From NCBI GenBank assembly GCA_963813535.1, contig CAWEZH010000003.1, positions 576,001 to 640,000 on the forward strand: a stretch of DNA of 64,000 bases, read 5' to 3'. Both the position numbers and the translations under genes were made by a program. The notes beneath the pieces are model-generated. The model searched no databases, was not told the DNA's origin, and saw only the letters and a list, made by a program, of their open reading frames with translations. This document shows positions 29,809 through 39,067 of the stretch, piece after piece. This DNA comes from an uncultured Chloroflexia bacterium (GTDB lineage Bacteria; Chloroflexota; Limnocylindria; Limnocylindrales; CSP1-4). Position 1 is the first letter of the stretch. Every line of letters begins with the position of its first letter.

Positions 29809-30270
29809 TCAGACCGCCCCGCCGGCAGACAGCGCCGCTTCGACCGCCGCGAACACCGGATGATCGGCGTCGATCTCGGTCTCGCAGGAGGCGACGCGTT
29901 CGACGCCTCCCGGTGCACCGAACTCGTAGATGCGCTCCTGGCCGTCGAAGTTGACAGGGCATTCGCCGGTGAACGGGCGGGCGCGGATCGCCGCGAAATC
30001 GGTCGTCTTGATCGCCGCGTCCAGCGCCGCGAGCAGCTCCGGCGGGACCTGCCCCAGCACGACGTCCTCGGGCAGTGTCTGGCGGAGCTGCCCGTCGCGA
30101 TCGATCACGAGCGTCGAACCGCACGGTCCATCCGGGCACTCGCCACCTCGCGAGGTGACGGTGACGAGTGGTCCGGCCGTCGCAGGAAGGAGCGATGCCA
30201 CCGCAGCCGGTGAGCAGGCCGCAGCCACGAGCACGATCGCGACGACCCGGGCACCGATGCGCATCGACAT
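29809..30270 (-). CDS. Hypothetical lipoprotein
   Basis: [11 protein letters not shown] lipobox-like; Cys pairs GGECPDGPC and ECPVNFDG...ASC. Confidence 0.7.
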   Translation of the reverse strand: MSMRIGARVVAIVLVAAACSPAAVASLLPATAGPLVTVTSRGGECPDGPCGSTLVIDRDGQLRQTLPEDVVLGQVPPELLAALDAAIKTTDFAAIRARPFTGECPVNFDGQERIYEFGAPGGVERVASCETEIDADHPVFAAVEAALSAGGAV

Positions 30271-30321
30271 GGCTGCCGGACGGACGTGGCGTGCTGTCGG
30301 TTCCGACCTATCATCGGCGGC

Positions 30322-31920
30322 ATGCCGGTCCTCCGCAGCCGCCTCGACCCTGCGGCGCCGGATACCCGTGCCAATCACGACGCGATGGCCGCCCTCGTCG
30401 ACGACCTGCGGGCCCGTCAATCGGAGGTCGCTGATCGCGGAGCCGGCGGGGACGACCGCTCGATCGAGCGTCATCGCGAGCGGGGCAAGCTCCCTGTCCG
30501 CGAACGCATCGACCACCTGCTCGACCCGGGCTCGCCGTTCCTCGAGCTGAGCCCGCTCGCGGCGAACGGGCTCTATGACGGCGACGCACCGGGCGCGGGC
30601 ATCGTCACCGGCGTCGGGCGCGTCGAGGGCACGACCTGCGTGATCGTCGCCAACGACGCCACGGTCAAGGGCGGGACCTACTACCCCGCGACGGTCAAGA
30701 AGCACCTTCGAGCGCAGGAGATCGCGCTCGAGAACCGCCTGCCGTGCATCTACCTGGTCGACAGCGGTGGCGCGTTCCTGCCGCTCCAGGCCGACGTCTT
30801 CCCCGACCGCGATCACTTCGGGCGGATCTTCTACAACCAGGCGCGCATGTCGGCCGCGGCCATCCCACAGGTCGCCCTGGTCATGGGTTCGTGCACCGCC
30901 GGTGGCGCATACGTCCCGGCGATGAGCGATGAGACCGTGATCGTCAAGGGCACCGGGACGATCTTCCTCGGCGGTCCGCCGCTGGTGAAGGCCGCGACCG
31001 GCGAGGACGTGTCGGCCGAGGAGCTCGGGGGCGCCGAGGTCCATACGCGTCGGTCGGGCGTGGCCGATCACGAGGCGCTCGACGACGACCACGCGCTGGC
31101 CATCGGGCGCTCGATCATCGCGAACCTCAACCGTCGTCCGCCGTCGCCGCCGTGGGACCGCCGCGAGCCCGCCCAGCCGGCCGTCGACGCGGCCGGGCTG
31201 TACGGCGCCGTCTCGGCCGACCCGCGCCGACCCGTGCCGGTCCGGGAGATCATCGCCCGGCTGGTCGACGGCTCGCGGTTCCACGAGTTCAAACCGCTCT
31301 ACGGCGAGACGCTGGTCACCGGCTTCGGGCACGTCGACGGCTACCCGGTCGGCATCCTCGCCAACGACGGGATCCTGTTCAGCCAGTCGTCGCTGAAGGG
31401 CGCCCACTTCATCGAGCTGGCCTGCCAGCGCCGCATCCCGCTGGTCTTCCTCCAGAACATCACCGGGTTCATGGTCGGCCGTGAGTACGAGGAGGCCGGC
31501 ATCGCCAAGGATGGAGCGAAGCTCGTCATGGCGGTCGCCTCGGCCGAGGTCCCGAAATTCACCGTCCTGATCGGCGGCTCGTTCGGGGCCGGTAACTACG
31601 CGATGGCCGGTCGGGCGTACCAGCCCCGGTTCCTATGGTCGTGGCCGAACGCCCGGATCTCGGTCATGGGTGGCCAGCAGGCGGCGCGTGTCCTCTCGAC
31701 GGTTCGTGGCGACTTCCCCGACGACGCGGCTCGCGACGCGTTCGAAGCGCCGATCCTCGAGACCTACGAACGCGAGGGCTCGCCCTACTTCGCCACGGCC
31801 AGGTTGTGGGACGACGGTGTCATCGACCCGATGGACACGCGTCGCATCCTGTCCCTGGGCCTCGAGGCGGCGCTGCACGCGCCCATCCCCGAGACGCGGT
31901 TCGGGGTATTCCGTATGTGA
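30322..31920 (+). CDS. mccB: 3-methylcrotonyl-CoA carboxylase carboxyltransferase subunit
   Basis: [56 protein letters not shown]. Confidence 0.95.
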   Translation: MPVLRSRLDPAAPDTRANHDAMAALVDDLRARQSEVADRGAGGDDRSIERHRERGKLPVRERIDHLLDPGSPFLELSPLAANGLYDGDAPGAGIVTGVGRVEGTTCVIVANDATVKGGTYYPATVKKHLRAQEIALENRLPCIYLVDSGGAFLPLQADVFPDRDHFGRIFYNQARMSAAAIPQVALVMGSCTAGGAYVPAMSDETVIVKGTGTIFLGGPPLVKAATGEDVSAEELGGAEVHTRRSGVADHEALDDDHALAIGRSIIANLNRRPPSPPWDRREPAQPAVDAAGLYGAVSADPRRPVPVREIIARLVDGSRFHEFKPLYGETLVTGFGHVDGYPVGILANDGILFSQSSLKGAHFIELACQRRIPLVFLQNITGFMVGREYEEAGIAKDGAKLVMAVASAEVPKFTVLIGGSFGAGNYAMAGRAYQPRFLWSWPNARISVMGGQQAARVLSTVRGDFPDDAARDAFEAPILETYEREGSPYFATARLWDDGVIDPMDTRRILSLGLEAALHAPIPETRFGVFRM

Positions 31921-31938
31921 CCCGGCAGGGAGGCATCG

Positions 31939-32556
31939 ATGCTCAAGTTCTACAGCGAGATCCCGACTGCCCGCTTCCGTGAATTGCTCGCCGACCTCTC
32001 GACGTGGGGATGGGTGGCGCTCTGGACGATCATCGGCGTCCGCATCCATGACGCGATCTCGGGCTTCGCCGAGGCCGGCCGGATCCTCCGGGGAGGCGGT
32101 CAGAACATCCAGGGCGCAGGAGCCCAGCTGGGCGACGCCCTCGGCGGGCTACCGCTGGTGGGTGCCGGTGTCGACGACCTGACGACCCAAACGTTCGCGA
32201 CCGCCGGAGAGCCGTTCATCTACGTCGGCGGTGAGCTCGAGTCGCTCCTGCTCTTCATCGCGCGGTTGCTCGGCGTGCTCGTCGTCGCGGTGTTCCTGAT
32301 CCCGTGGCTCGTCAGGTACGTGCCATGGCGTGCCCAACGGTTGGCCACCGTCCGGGCGGCGCACCAGGCCATCCGCCGGGCGCCCGTCGACGTGTCCGAT
32401 GCCGCGATGCAGCGCAGCCTGGCGACGCGAGCGCTCAACCGGCTGTCGTACCCCGAGCTGCTCGAGCACACGTCCGACCCGTTCGGCGACTTCGCGGCCG
32501 GCCACTTCGAGCGACTGGCACGGGCCGAGCTCGCCAGTGTCGGCCTGCGACGCTGA
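31939..32556 (+). CDS. Hypothetical membrane protein
   Basis: GGGAGG SD; two TM segments; LATRAL...LARAEL..GL C-terminus. Confidence 0.75.
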   Translation: MLKFYSEIPTARFRELLADLSTWGWVALWTIIGVRIHDAISGFAEAGRILRGGGQNIQGAGAQLGDALGGLPLVGAGVDDLTTQTFATAGEPFIYVGGELESLLLFIARLLGVLVVAVFLIPWLVRYVPWRAQRLATVRAAHQAIRRAPVDVSDAAMQRSLATRALNRLSYPELLEHTSDPFGDFAAGHFERLARAELASVGLRR

Positions 32557-32591
32557 CGCCGTCGACCGGCAGTCTCCGCTAGCATCGCGTC

Positions 32592-33356
32592 GTGCCCACC
32601 GTCGCCCGCTTCTCGATCGCACCAGTCAGGAGTCTCGGCCTCCAGCACCCGAGCGAGATCGACGTCACCGAGCTCGGTGTCGTCGAGGACCGGCGGTTCT
32701 TCCTGACGAATGACGCCAATCGACTGATCGATCAGCTGATCGTCTTCAAGCTCGTGCAGGTCGCATCAAGGACGGACCCGGACGCGACCACGTTGTGGCT
32801 TCGCTTCCCGGACGGGACCGTCGTCGACGCCCCTATCGAGCTCGGCGAGGCGGTCGAGACGCCCATCCACGGGCGCACCGGCGTCGGGCATCGCGTGGTC
32901 GGACCGTGGGACGAGGCGCTCAGCGACTTCGTCGGCATGCCGATCCGGGTCATACGCTGCGATCGGCCCGGTGGCACGCGCAGTGGCAACCCGACCTCCA
33001 TCATCTCGGACGGATCACTCCGTGAGCTGGCGGCGCACGCCGGTGTGGATTCGGTCGACGGCCGGCGGTTCCGGATGCTGATCGACCTGGACGGTGCCGT
33101 GGCCCACGAAGAGGACGGCTGGATCGGCAAACGGATCGGCCTCGGCGAGGCGATCCTGCGCGTGACGAAGCACGATGCTCGGTGCGCGATGACGACGCAC
33201 GACCCCGAAACCGGCGAGCCCGACCTCGACACGCTCCGGACGTTGATCTCGTATCGCGGCCTGCGGGAGGGCAAGCACGCCGACTTCGGCGTCCTGGCCG
33301 ACGTCGATCAGCCCGGCCGGATCCGTGTCGGCGACGCGGTGACGTTGCTCGACTGA
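32592..33356 (+). CDS. MOSC-domain protein
   Basis: IAPVRSL, DRRF, RRFRM, EDGW, RCAMTT, FGV.A....GRIRVGD. Confidence 0.9.
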   Translation: MPTVARFSIAPVRSLGLQHPSEIDVTELGVVEDRRFFLTNDANRLIDQLIVFKLVQVASRTDPDATTLWLRFPDGTVVDAPIELGEAVETPIHGRTGVGHRVVGPWDEALSDFVGMPIRVIRCDRPGGTRSGNPTSIISDGSLRELAAHAGVDSVDGRRFRMLIDLDGAVAHEEDGWIGKRIGLGEAILRVTKHDARCAMTTHDPETGEPDLDTLRTLISYRGLREGKHADFGVLADVDQPGRIRVGDAVTLLD

Positions 33357-33853
33357 CCCCCGTATCGCCGCTCGAGGCGGCGGAGGGCGATCACCCAGAC
33401 CACAGCTGCGATCGCGACGAGCGGTGCGACTCGGATCGCCGACGCGACACCCATGCGGATGATCTCGCCGAGCGCGAGACCGGTGAACTCGGTGAATTCG
33501 GACACGGCGACCACGACGAAGACAGCGATCCCGGTCGACAGGGCCGCTGCGACCGGGGCGCCGATCGCCAGCGCGACGCCGACGACGACCGCGTCGACCC
33601 GCGAGCCGACCGCGGTGGGTGCCAATGCGGCACCGAGCAAAGCCAGGGCCGGCACCGCCATCAAGGCGATCGCGACGGGCACCGACCATGGTCGTCCGGC
33701 AGCCTCGGGAGCGACGATGCCGGCGATCGCCGTCACCCCGCCGAGCAGGACTGCAGCGAGCGCTGCCCCCCGTCGAGCCGTGCGGATGGACGCCAGCCGA
33801 TGACCCGTCGGATCGGGCCGCCAGTTCGGAGACCAGGGGTTCGCGGGACCCAT
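33308..33853 (-). CDS. Hypothetical membrane protein
   Basis: Four hydrophobic helices; TACTCT 6 nt before ATG 33853; 3' end overlaps the MOSC gene. Confidence 0.6.
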   Translation of the reverse strand: MGPANPWSPNWRPDPTGHRLASIRTARRGAALAAVLLGGVTAIAGIVAPEAAGRPWSVPVAIALMAVPALALLGAALAPTAVGSRVDAVVVGVALAIGAPVAAALSTGIAVFVVVAVSEFTEFTGLALGEIIRMGVASAIRVAPLVAIAAVVWVIALRRLERRYGGQSSNVTASPTRIRPG

Positions 33854-33946
33854 GGCCGGAGAGTACCTTCGTTCTGGGGGTTCGCGGTGCATACGGGCAC
33901 CAGAGGTTGATGCGTTGTCGCTGATGGCGGCCGGTACGATGCCCCG

Positions 33947-34756
33947 GTGAATCCGGCCCTACGGCTCGAGCGGACTGGTCCCGGTGGCGTGGTCGCGCAT
34001 GTCACGCTCGCGCGCCCCGACGTCCACAACGCCTTCGACGCATCCCTGATCGCCGAGTTGCTGTCGACCTTCATGGCCCTGGCGCGCGAGGACGAGTCGG
34101 CCCTCCGCGCTGTGGTGATCGCCGGCGACGGGCCCTCGTTCTGTGCCGGAGCGGACATCGCGTGGATGCGCGCGGCTATGGCACTCGATGTCGAAGGCAA
34201 CGAGCAGGACGCGATGGCGATGGCCGACATGTTCGAGACCATCGATGTCTGTCCGGTGCCGGTCATCGCACGGGTCCACGGTGCGGCCCTGGGTGGCGGC
34301 ATGGGGCTGTGCGCGGTCGCCGACCTGGTCATCGCCGAGAGCGGCACGAGGTTCGGGTTCACCGAGACGCGGCTCGGCATCCTGCCCGCCGTCATCGCCC
34401 CGTTCGTGATCGCCAAGATCGGCGAGACAAACGCTCGCGCCCTGTTCCCCGGTGGTCGCCGGTTCGATGCCGTGCGGGCACAGCGGATCGGGCTCGTCCA
34501 CGAGCTCGCCGAGGGCGAGGACGCGCTCGATTCCGCCGTCGAGTCGGCGGTGAGCGATGTCCTTGCCGCGGGACCGACGGCCGCTCGCGCGGCGAAGGCG
34601 ATCATCCGCGAGGTCCGCGGCCTCGGCCACGGATCGGCGAAGTGGCACACGGCGCGGGTCATCGCACGCCAGCGCGTCAGCGACGAGGCCCGCGAAGGCT
34701 TTGCGGCCTTCGCCGAGAAACGCCAGCCGGCGTGGCAGTCAGAGGTCGATGACTGA
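33947..34756 (+). CDS. Enoyl-CoA hydratase (methylglutaconyl-CoA hydratase, LiuC-like)
   Basis: RPDVHNAFD, FCAGAD, GGGMGL, ETRLGILPA; lies within the mcc/HMG-CoA lyase cluster. Confidence 0.9.
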   Translation: MNPALRLERTGPGGVVAHVTLARPDVHNAFDASLIAELLSTFMALAREDESALRAVVIAGDGPSFCAGADIAWMRAAMALDVEGNEQDAMAMADMFETIDVCPVPVIARVHGAALGGGMGLCAVADLVIAESGTRFGFTETRLGILPAVIAPFVIAKIGETNARALFPGGRRFDAVRAQRIGLVHELAEGEDALDSAVESAVSDVLAAGPTAARAAKAIIREVRGLGHGSAKWHTARVIARQRVSDEAREGFAAFAEKRQPAWQSEVDD

Positions 34757-35261
34757 GCCTCGTGTCGCGTGCGTCGGTTGCGGCGGGCTGGTGCCGGACA
34801 TCGAGGGACCGGTCCACCGCTACATGCTCGCCGCACCCGGGTGCTGGGCGGCCTACACCTCGCTCTTGGGTAGCGTGCTCGCCGGCCTGACCGTGCCGGA
34901 ACCGCACCTGTCGCTGATGGTCGATGCCTACGCCGTCCAGCATCCGGGTGTGCCCAACCCGCAGGCGACGCAGTCGGTGTGGGTCCATCTCATCACGCTC
35001 CACATGGCCCTGGAACGTGGCTGGCCGCCGGCGAGGCTGGTCCAGATCAGACGCGTCGGTGCCGATTCCGCGGACGGCTGGCCGTGGTTGGAACCACCTC
35101 GGTCGATGGGTGACGTGACGGCCATCGACGTCGCCTCGAGCATGCCCGACACCGCCCCTCATCTCGTCCGCGAGTGGACCGATGGCGCGTGGGCAGCGTG
35201 GGATCGCCACCAAAACGCCGTACGCCAGCGCGCGATGGACCTGGTCGCGTTGTTCGGCTAG
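34749..35261 (+). CDS. DUF5946-like hypothetical protein
   Basis: CVGCG...GPVHRYM...GCW, VDAYAVQHP, VHL. Confidence 0.7.
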   Translation: MTEPRVACVGCGGLVPDIEGPVHRYMLAAPGCWAAYTSLLGSVLAGLTVPEPHLSLMVDAYAVQHPGVPNPQATQSVWVHLITLHMALERGWPPARLVQIRRVGADSADGWPWLEPPRSMGDVTAIDVASSMPDTAPHLVREWTDGAWAAWDRHQNAVRQRAMDLVALFG

Positions 35262-35301
35262 TCGTCCGCCGCTAGTCGTACGCCGCGCCGTATGCGACAC
35301 T
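35257..35301 (+). promoter_or_regulatory. 14-bp tandem direct repeat overlapping the putative promoter of the HTH-carboxylase gene
   Basis: gctagtcgtccgcc (35257-35270) and gctagtcgtacgcc (35271-35284); TG-c-GACACT at 35293-35301. Confidence 0.5.
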
Positions 35302-35310
35302 CGCGACGGA

Positions 35311-37293
35311 ATGGCCGAAGAACTGAGCCCAAGCGAGGTCGCGCGTCGGCTCGGAACGTCCACCCGCTCCGTCCAGCGTTGGATCGCCAACGGTCGACTC
35401 CCGGCTCGGCGTGTTGGAGGGCGCTGGCGTGTCGCGTTTGACGCGTTTGACGCACCAGAACGCCCACAGGAACGCCCAGCCGCCATCGCGAACGTCTTCA
35501 TCGCCAATCGTGGCGAGATCGCGGACCGCATCGCCCGTACGTGCGAGCGGCTGGGGATCATCGCCGTCGCTCCGCCGATCAGCGGCGACAACGCCGTCGA
35601 CCTGCTTGACCCCACTGCGGTCATCGCCGCCGCACGCGCTGCCGGCGCTGACGCGGTCCATCCGGGCTTCGGCTTCCTTGCCGAGAACGCCGATTTCGCC
35701 CAGTCGGTGATCGACGCCGGCCTCCGGTGGATCGGGCCGCCACCCTCTGCGATCCGCGCGATGGGCGACAAAGCGGCCGCGCGTCGCCTCGCAGCACGTC
35801 TCGGCGTACCGACGCCGGCCGGCTACGACGACGCCGACCAGGCCGACGGGATGCTTGCGGCAGCGGCCGAGCGGATCGGCGTGCCGCTCCTGATCAAACC
35901 CGCCGCAGGCGGTGGTGGGAAGGGGATGCGCACGGTCCGCGACCTCGCGCGACTGCCGAGCGAGATCGCGGCCGCTCGGCGCGAGGCGCATGCCGCGTTC
36001 GGCGACGATCGCCTCATCCTGGAGCGGCTCGTCGAGGGCGCCCGGCACGTCGAGATCCAGGTCCTCTTCGACCGACACGGCCACGGCGTGCACCTCGGGG
36101 AGCGTGACTGCTCGATCCAGCGTCGGCATCAGAAGGTCCTCGAGGAGGCGGGTTCACCGGCCGTCGATGCCCCGCTCCGGGAACGGATGGGCGCGGCCGC
36201 GCTGGCCCTCGCGACAGAGGTCGGCTACGAAAGCGCAGGCACCTGCGAGTTCCTGCTCGACGATCGTGGCGCGTTCACGTTCCTCGAGATGAACACTCGC
36301 CTCCAGGTCGAGCACCCGGTCACGGAGTTCGTGACCGGCCGCGACCTCGTCGCCGACCAGATCCGGATCGCCGGCGGCGAGCCGCTCGGGTTCGACCAGG
36401 GGGACGTGCGACGCGACGGTCACGCGATCGAGGTCCGCCTCTACGCCGAGGATGCCGAGCAGGGGTTCCTGCCCGCGACCGGCGAGGTCCATCGACTGCG
36501 CTGGCCGACGGGCGAGGGCATCCGCGTCGACGCGGGTGTCATGGCGGGCGATGCGGTCGGTGGCCGCTTCGACCCGATGCTCGCGAAGATCATCGCGCAC
36601 GGCCACGACCGGGACGACGCGCTGGATCGCCTGACCCGGGCCCTCGACGACACGCTGATCCTTGGGCTGACGACCAACCTGCGTTTCCTCCGATGGCTCG
36701 TCCGGGAACCCGTCATCCGCGAGGGGGCCGCGCGAACCGACACCCTCGACCGGATCTGGCCGCCCGACGACTGGGCACGCCGGACGCGGATCCCGGAGGC
36801 GGCGTGGTCGGCCGCGACCCGCCTGCTGCTGGGTGGCCGGACATCGGGCGACGGATTCCGCCTCAATGCCGCCCCGACAGCCCGAGTCACGGCCGGGGAG
36901 GAGACACAGACGATCCGACTGGTACCGGGCAGCGCCACGCTGCGCTCCGCGAGCGTCGTCGTCGGCGACACCGTCCACCTCGACATCGCCGGGCGCAGCG
37001 TCGCCTTCCGGATCTCACCACCGCCGGATGTCGACCGGGCCGCCAGCGCCGCAGCGGCCGCGCACGGATCGGGCCCGGCCGAGCTCGTCGCGCCCATGCC
37101 GGGCCAGGTGCTCTCCATCGGCGCACCAGTCGGCACGATCGTCGAGGTCGGCGACACCGTCGTGGTCCTCGAAGCCATGAAGATGGAGCACGCCGTGACG
37201 GCTCCGCGGACGGGTGTCATCCGCGATGTCTTCGTGGGGGCCGGCGACCAGGTGGCCCGCGGCCAGCCGCTCGCGGTGGTCGAGCCCGCCTGA
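35311..37293 (+). CDS. mccA: Biotin carboxylase/biotin carrier subunit (MccA/LiuD) with N-terminal excisionase-type HTH
   Basis: LSPSEVARRLGTSTRSVQRWIANGRLPARRVGGRWRV, then IANRGEIA, HPGFGFLAEN, GGGGKGM, ERDCSIQRRHQK, EMNTRLQVEH, EAMKM. Confidence 0.92.
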   Translation: MAEELSPSEVARRLGTSTRSVQRWIANGRLPARRVGGRWRVAFDAFDAPERPQERPAAIANVFIANRGEIADRIARTCERLGIIAVAPPISGDNAVDLLDPTAVIAAARAAGADAVHPGFGFLAENADFAQSVIDAGLRWIGPPPSAIRAMGDKAAARRLAARLGVPTPAGYDDADQADGMLAAAAERIGVPLLIKPAAGGGGKGMRTVRDLARLPSEIAAARREAHAAFGDDRLILERLVEGARHVEIQVLFDRHGHGVHLGERDCSIQRRHQKVLEEAGSPAVDAPLRERMGAAALALATEVGYESAGTCEFLLDDRGAFTFLEMNTRLQVEHPVTEFVTGRDLVADQIRIAGGEPLGFDQGDVRRDGHAIEVRLYAEDAEQGFLPATGEVHRLRWPTGEGIRVDAGVMAGDAVGGRFDPMLAKIIAHGHDRDDALDRLTRALDDTLILGLTTNLRFLRWLVREPVIREGAARTDTLDRIWPPDDWARRTRIPEAAWSAATRLLLGGRTSGDGFRLNAAPTARVTAGEETQTIRLVPGSATLRSASVVVGDTVHLDIAGRSVAFRISPPPDVDRAASAAAAAHGSGPAELVAPMPGQVLSIGAPVGTIVEVGDTVVVLEAMKMEHAVTAPRTGVIRDVFVGAGDQVARGQPLAVVEPA

Positions 37294-37317
37294 GGGGCGA
37301 CGCGGTACGCTTCGGCC

Positions 37318-37533
37318 ATGGCGAACGACGACAAGGGACGACCGCCTTCCGGCGGCACCACGAAGCTCCCGAAGACCCGAGCCGAGCTCCTCGCCCTGCA
37401 CCGCGAGACACGGGCGCGTCGGAATGCAGCGGCACACGGTAGCCCGGAGCACGTGGAGGCGATCGACCTGATCGGTCGCATCGAGATCGAGATCGCCCGC
37501 ATCGAGCGGGCGATGGATCCGCCCGTCGTCTGA
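37318..37533 (+). CDS. Hypothetical 71-aa helical protein
   Basis: Clean ORF between mccA and the lyase; TACGCT 6 nt upstream. Confidence 0.7.
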   Translation: MANDDKGRPPSGGTTKLPKTRAELLALHRETRARRNAAAHGSPEHVEAIDLIGRIEIEIARIERAMDPPVV

Positions 37534-37543
37534 CCTCCGGCCG

Positions 37544-38488
37544 ATGACCCCGAGACCCGGCGATGGTCGCGTCCGGATCTATGAGGTCGGGCCCCGCGAC
37601 GGGCTCCAGAACGAGTCGGTCGCGATACCGACCGACGTCAAGCTCCGCTTCATCGAGCTGCTGGTCGACGCCGGTCTGCGGGAGATCGAGGCGACGTCAT
37701 TCGTCTCGCCGCGGGCGATCCCCCAGCTGGCCGACGCCGACGACCTCGTCGCACGGCTGCCGCTCCGGCCAGGCGTTCGCTATCCGGTCCTGATCCCGAA
37801 CCAGCGCGGCCTCGCGCGGGCGGAGGCCGCCGGCGTTGACGCCATCGCGGTCTTCACCGCGGCGACGGACGCGTTCACACAGCACAACATCGGGATGACG
37901 GTCGACGAGTCGCTCGCAGCCTTCCAGCCCGTCCTGGCCAGGGCCGACGAGCTCGGCTGGTGGCGCCGCGCCTACGTCTCGACCGCCTTCGGATGCCCCT
38001 ACACCGGGCGGGTGGACCCACGGGACGCGGTCGCGGTCGCCGTCCGCCTCATGGCGCTCGGCGTCGACGAGATCTGCTTCGGCGACACCATCGGTGTCGG
38101 TGTGCCGGATCAGGTCGCCGAGCTGGTGGGACTCGTCGAGGCCGCTGGCATCCCGCCCGCCCGACAGGCCTACCACTTCCACGACACGCGGGGAACCGCG
38201 CTCGCCAACGTCGCGATGGGACTCGCAGCGGGCGTACGGACGTTCGACGCGTCGACCGGCGGAACCGGCGGCTGCCCGTATGCGCCGGGCGCGGCCGGCA
38301 ACCTCGCGACCGAGGACCTGGTCTACCTGCTCGATGCATCCGGCTACGAGCACGGAGTCGCCCTCGACGGTGTCCTGACCGCGGCACGCTTCATCGCCGA
38401 TGCCCTGGGCAAGCCTCTCGCGACGAAAGTCGGTCAGGCGGGTGGCTGGGACGGGGCGACAGGCCACGCGACCGGCCGCGGGGACTGA
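37544..38488 (+). CDS. Hydroxymethylglutaryl-CoA lyase (LiuE-like)
   Basis: EVGPRDGLQNE, FGCPY, GDTIG, HFHDTRG, GGCPYAPGA.GN.ATED. Confidence 0.95.
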   Translation: MTPRPGDGRVRIYEVGPRDGLQNESVAIPTDVKLRFIELLVDAGLREIEATSFVSPRAIPQLADADDLVARLPLRPGVRYPVLIPNQRGLARAEAAGVDAIAVFTAATDAFTQHNIGMTVDESLAAFQPVLARADELGWWRRAYVSTAFGCPYTGRVDPRDAVAVAVRLMALGVDEICFGDTIGVGVPDQVAELVGLVEAAGIPPARQAYHFHDTRGTALANVAMGLAAGVRTFDASTGGTGGCPYAPGAAGNLATEDLVYLLDASGYEHGVALDGVLTAARFIADALGKPLATKVGQAGGWDGATGHATGRGD

Positions 38489-38551
38489 CGGCCGGCCGCC
38501 TGGTCGCGAACGGGGGGCCTGCTCCGGTGAACTTGCTATCCTCCGCCCACC

Positions 38552-39067
38552 ATGGACGGCGTCGTTCTCGTTCTGAACCAGAACTACGAGCCGCTCAACG
38601 TCTGCAATCTCCCGAGGGCCTTCCGTCTCCTCTTCGGTGAGAAGGCCGAGGTGATCGAGTACGACCACCAGATGATTCGGACGCCGCGGACGGAGTTCCG
38701 CGCGCCCTCGGTGATCCGGCTCCAGCACCTCATCAAGCGACCGCGACCCAGGGTCAAGCTGTCGCGGCGCGAGGTCTTCGCCCGCGATCGGCATACCTGT
38801 CAGTACTGCGGCCGGCAGACCCATGACCTCACGCTCGACCACGTGGTCCCCCGCCACCGTGGCGGTGGGCACAGCTGGGAGAACCTCGTGACCGCGTGCA
38901 AGTCGTGCAACCATCGCAAGGGCGGCAAGACGCTCGACGAGGCCCGGCTACGCCTCCAGCATGCCCCGTTCGAGCCGCGCAGCGACATCTATTCGCTCTT
39001 CACCCCGTACCTCTCGGACGACCGCAACGACGCATGGCGCACGTACCTGTTCCTGGGGAGGAACTGA
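38552..39067 (+). CDS. HNH endonuclease (stand-alone McrA-like family)
   Basis: VLVLNQNYEPL, PSVIRL, RDRHTCQYCG, DHVVP..RGG..WENLVTACKSCNHRK. Confidence 0.92.
   Translation: MDGVVLVLNQNYEPLNVCNLPRAFRLLFGEKAEVIEYDHQMIRTPRTEFRAPSVIRLQHLIKRPRPRVKLSRREVFARDRHTCQYCGRQTHDLTLDHVVPRHRGGGHSWENLVTACKSCNHRKGGKTLDEARLRLQHAPFEPRSDIYSLFTPYLSDDRNDAWRTYLFLGRN

Noticed and set aside
30280-35310. Shared TGTCG motif upstream of mccB, the hydratase and mccA
   Set aside because: Too short and too frequent in GC-rich DNA to support without a statistical test
35311-35450. Excisionase marking a prophage or integrative element
   Set aside because: The domain is fused in frame to a metabolic enzyme, and there is no integrase, att site or phage gene in the window
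38552-39067. HNH nuclease as a defence or mobile-element component
   Set aside because: It looks like the common stand-alone HNH family among housekeeping genes, with no methylase, cas gene, array or integrase nearby
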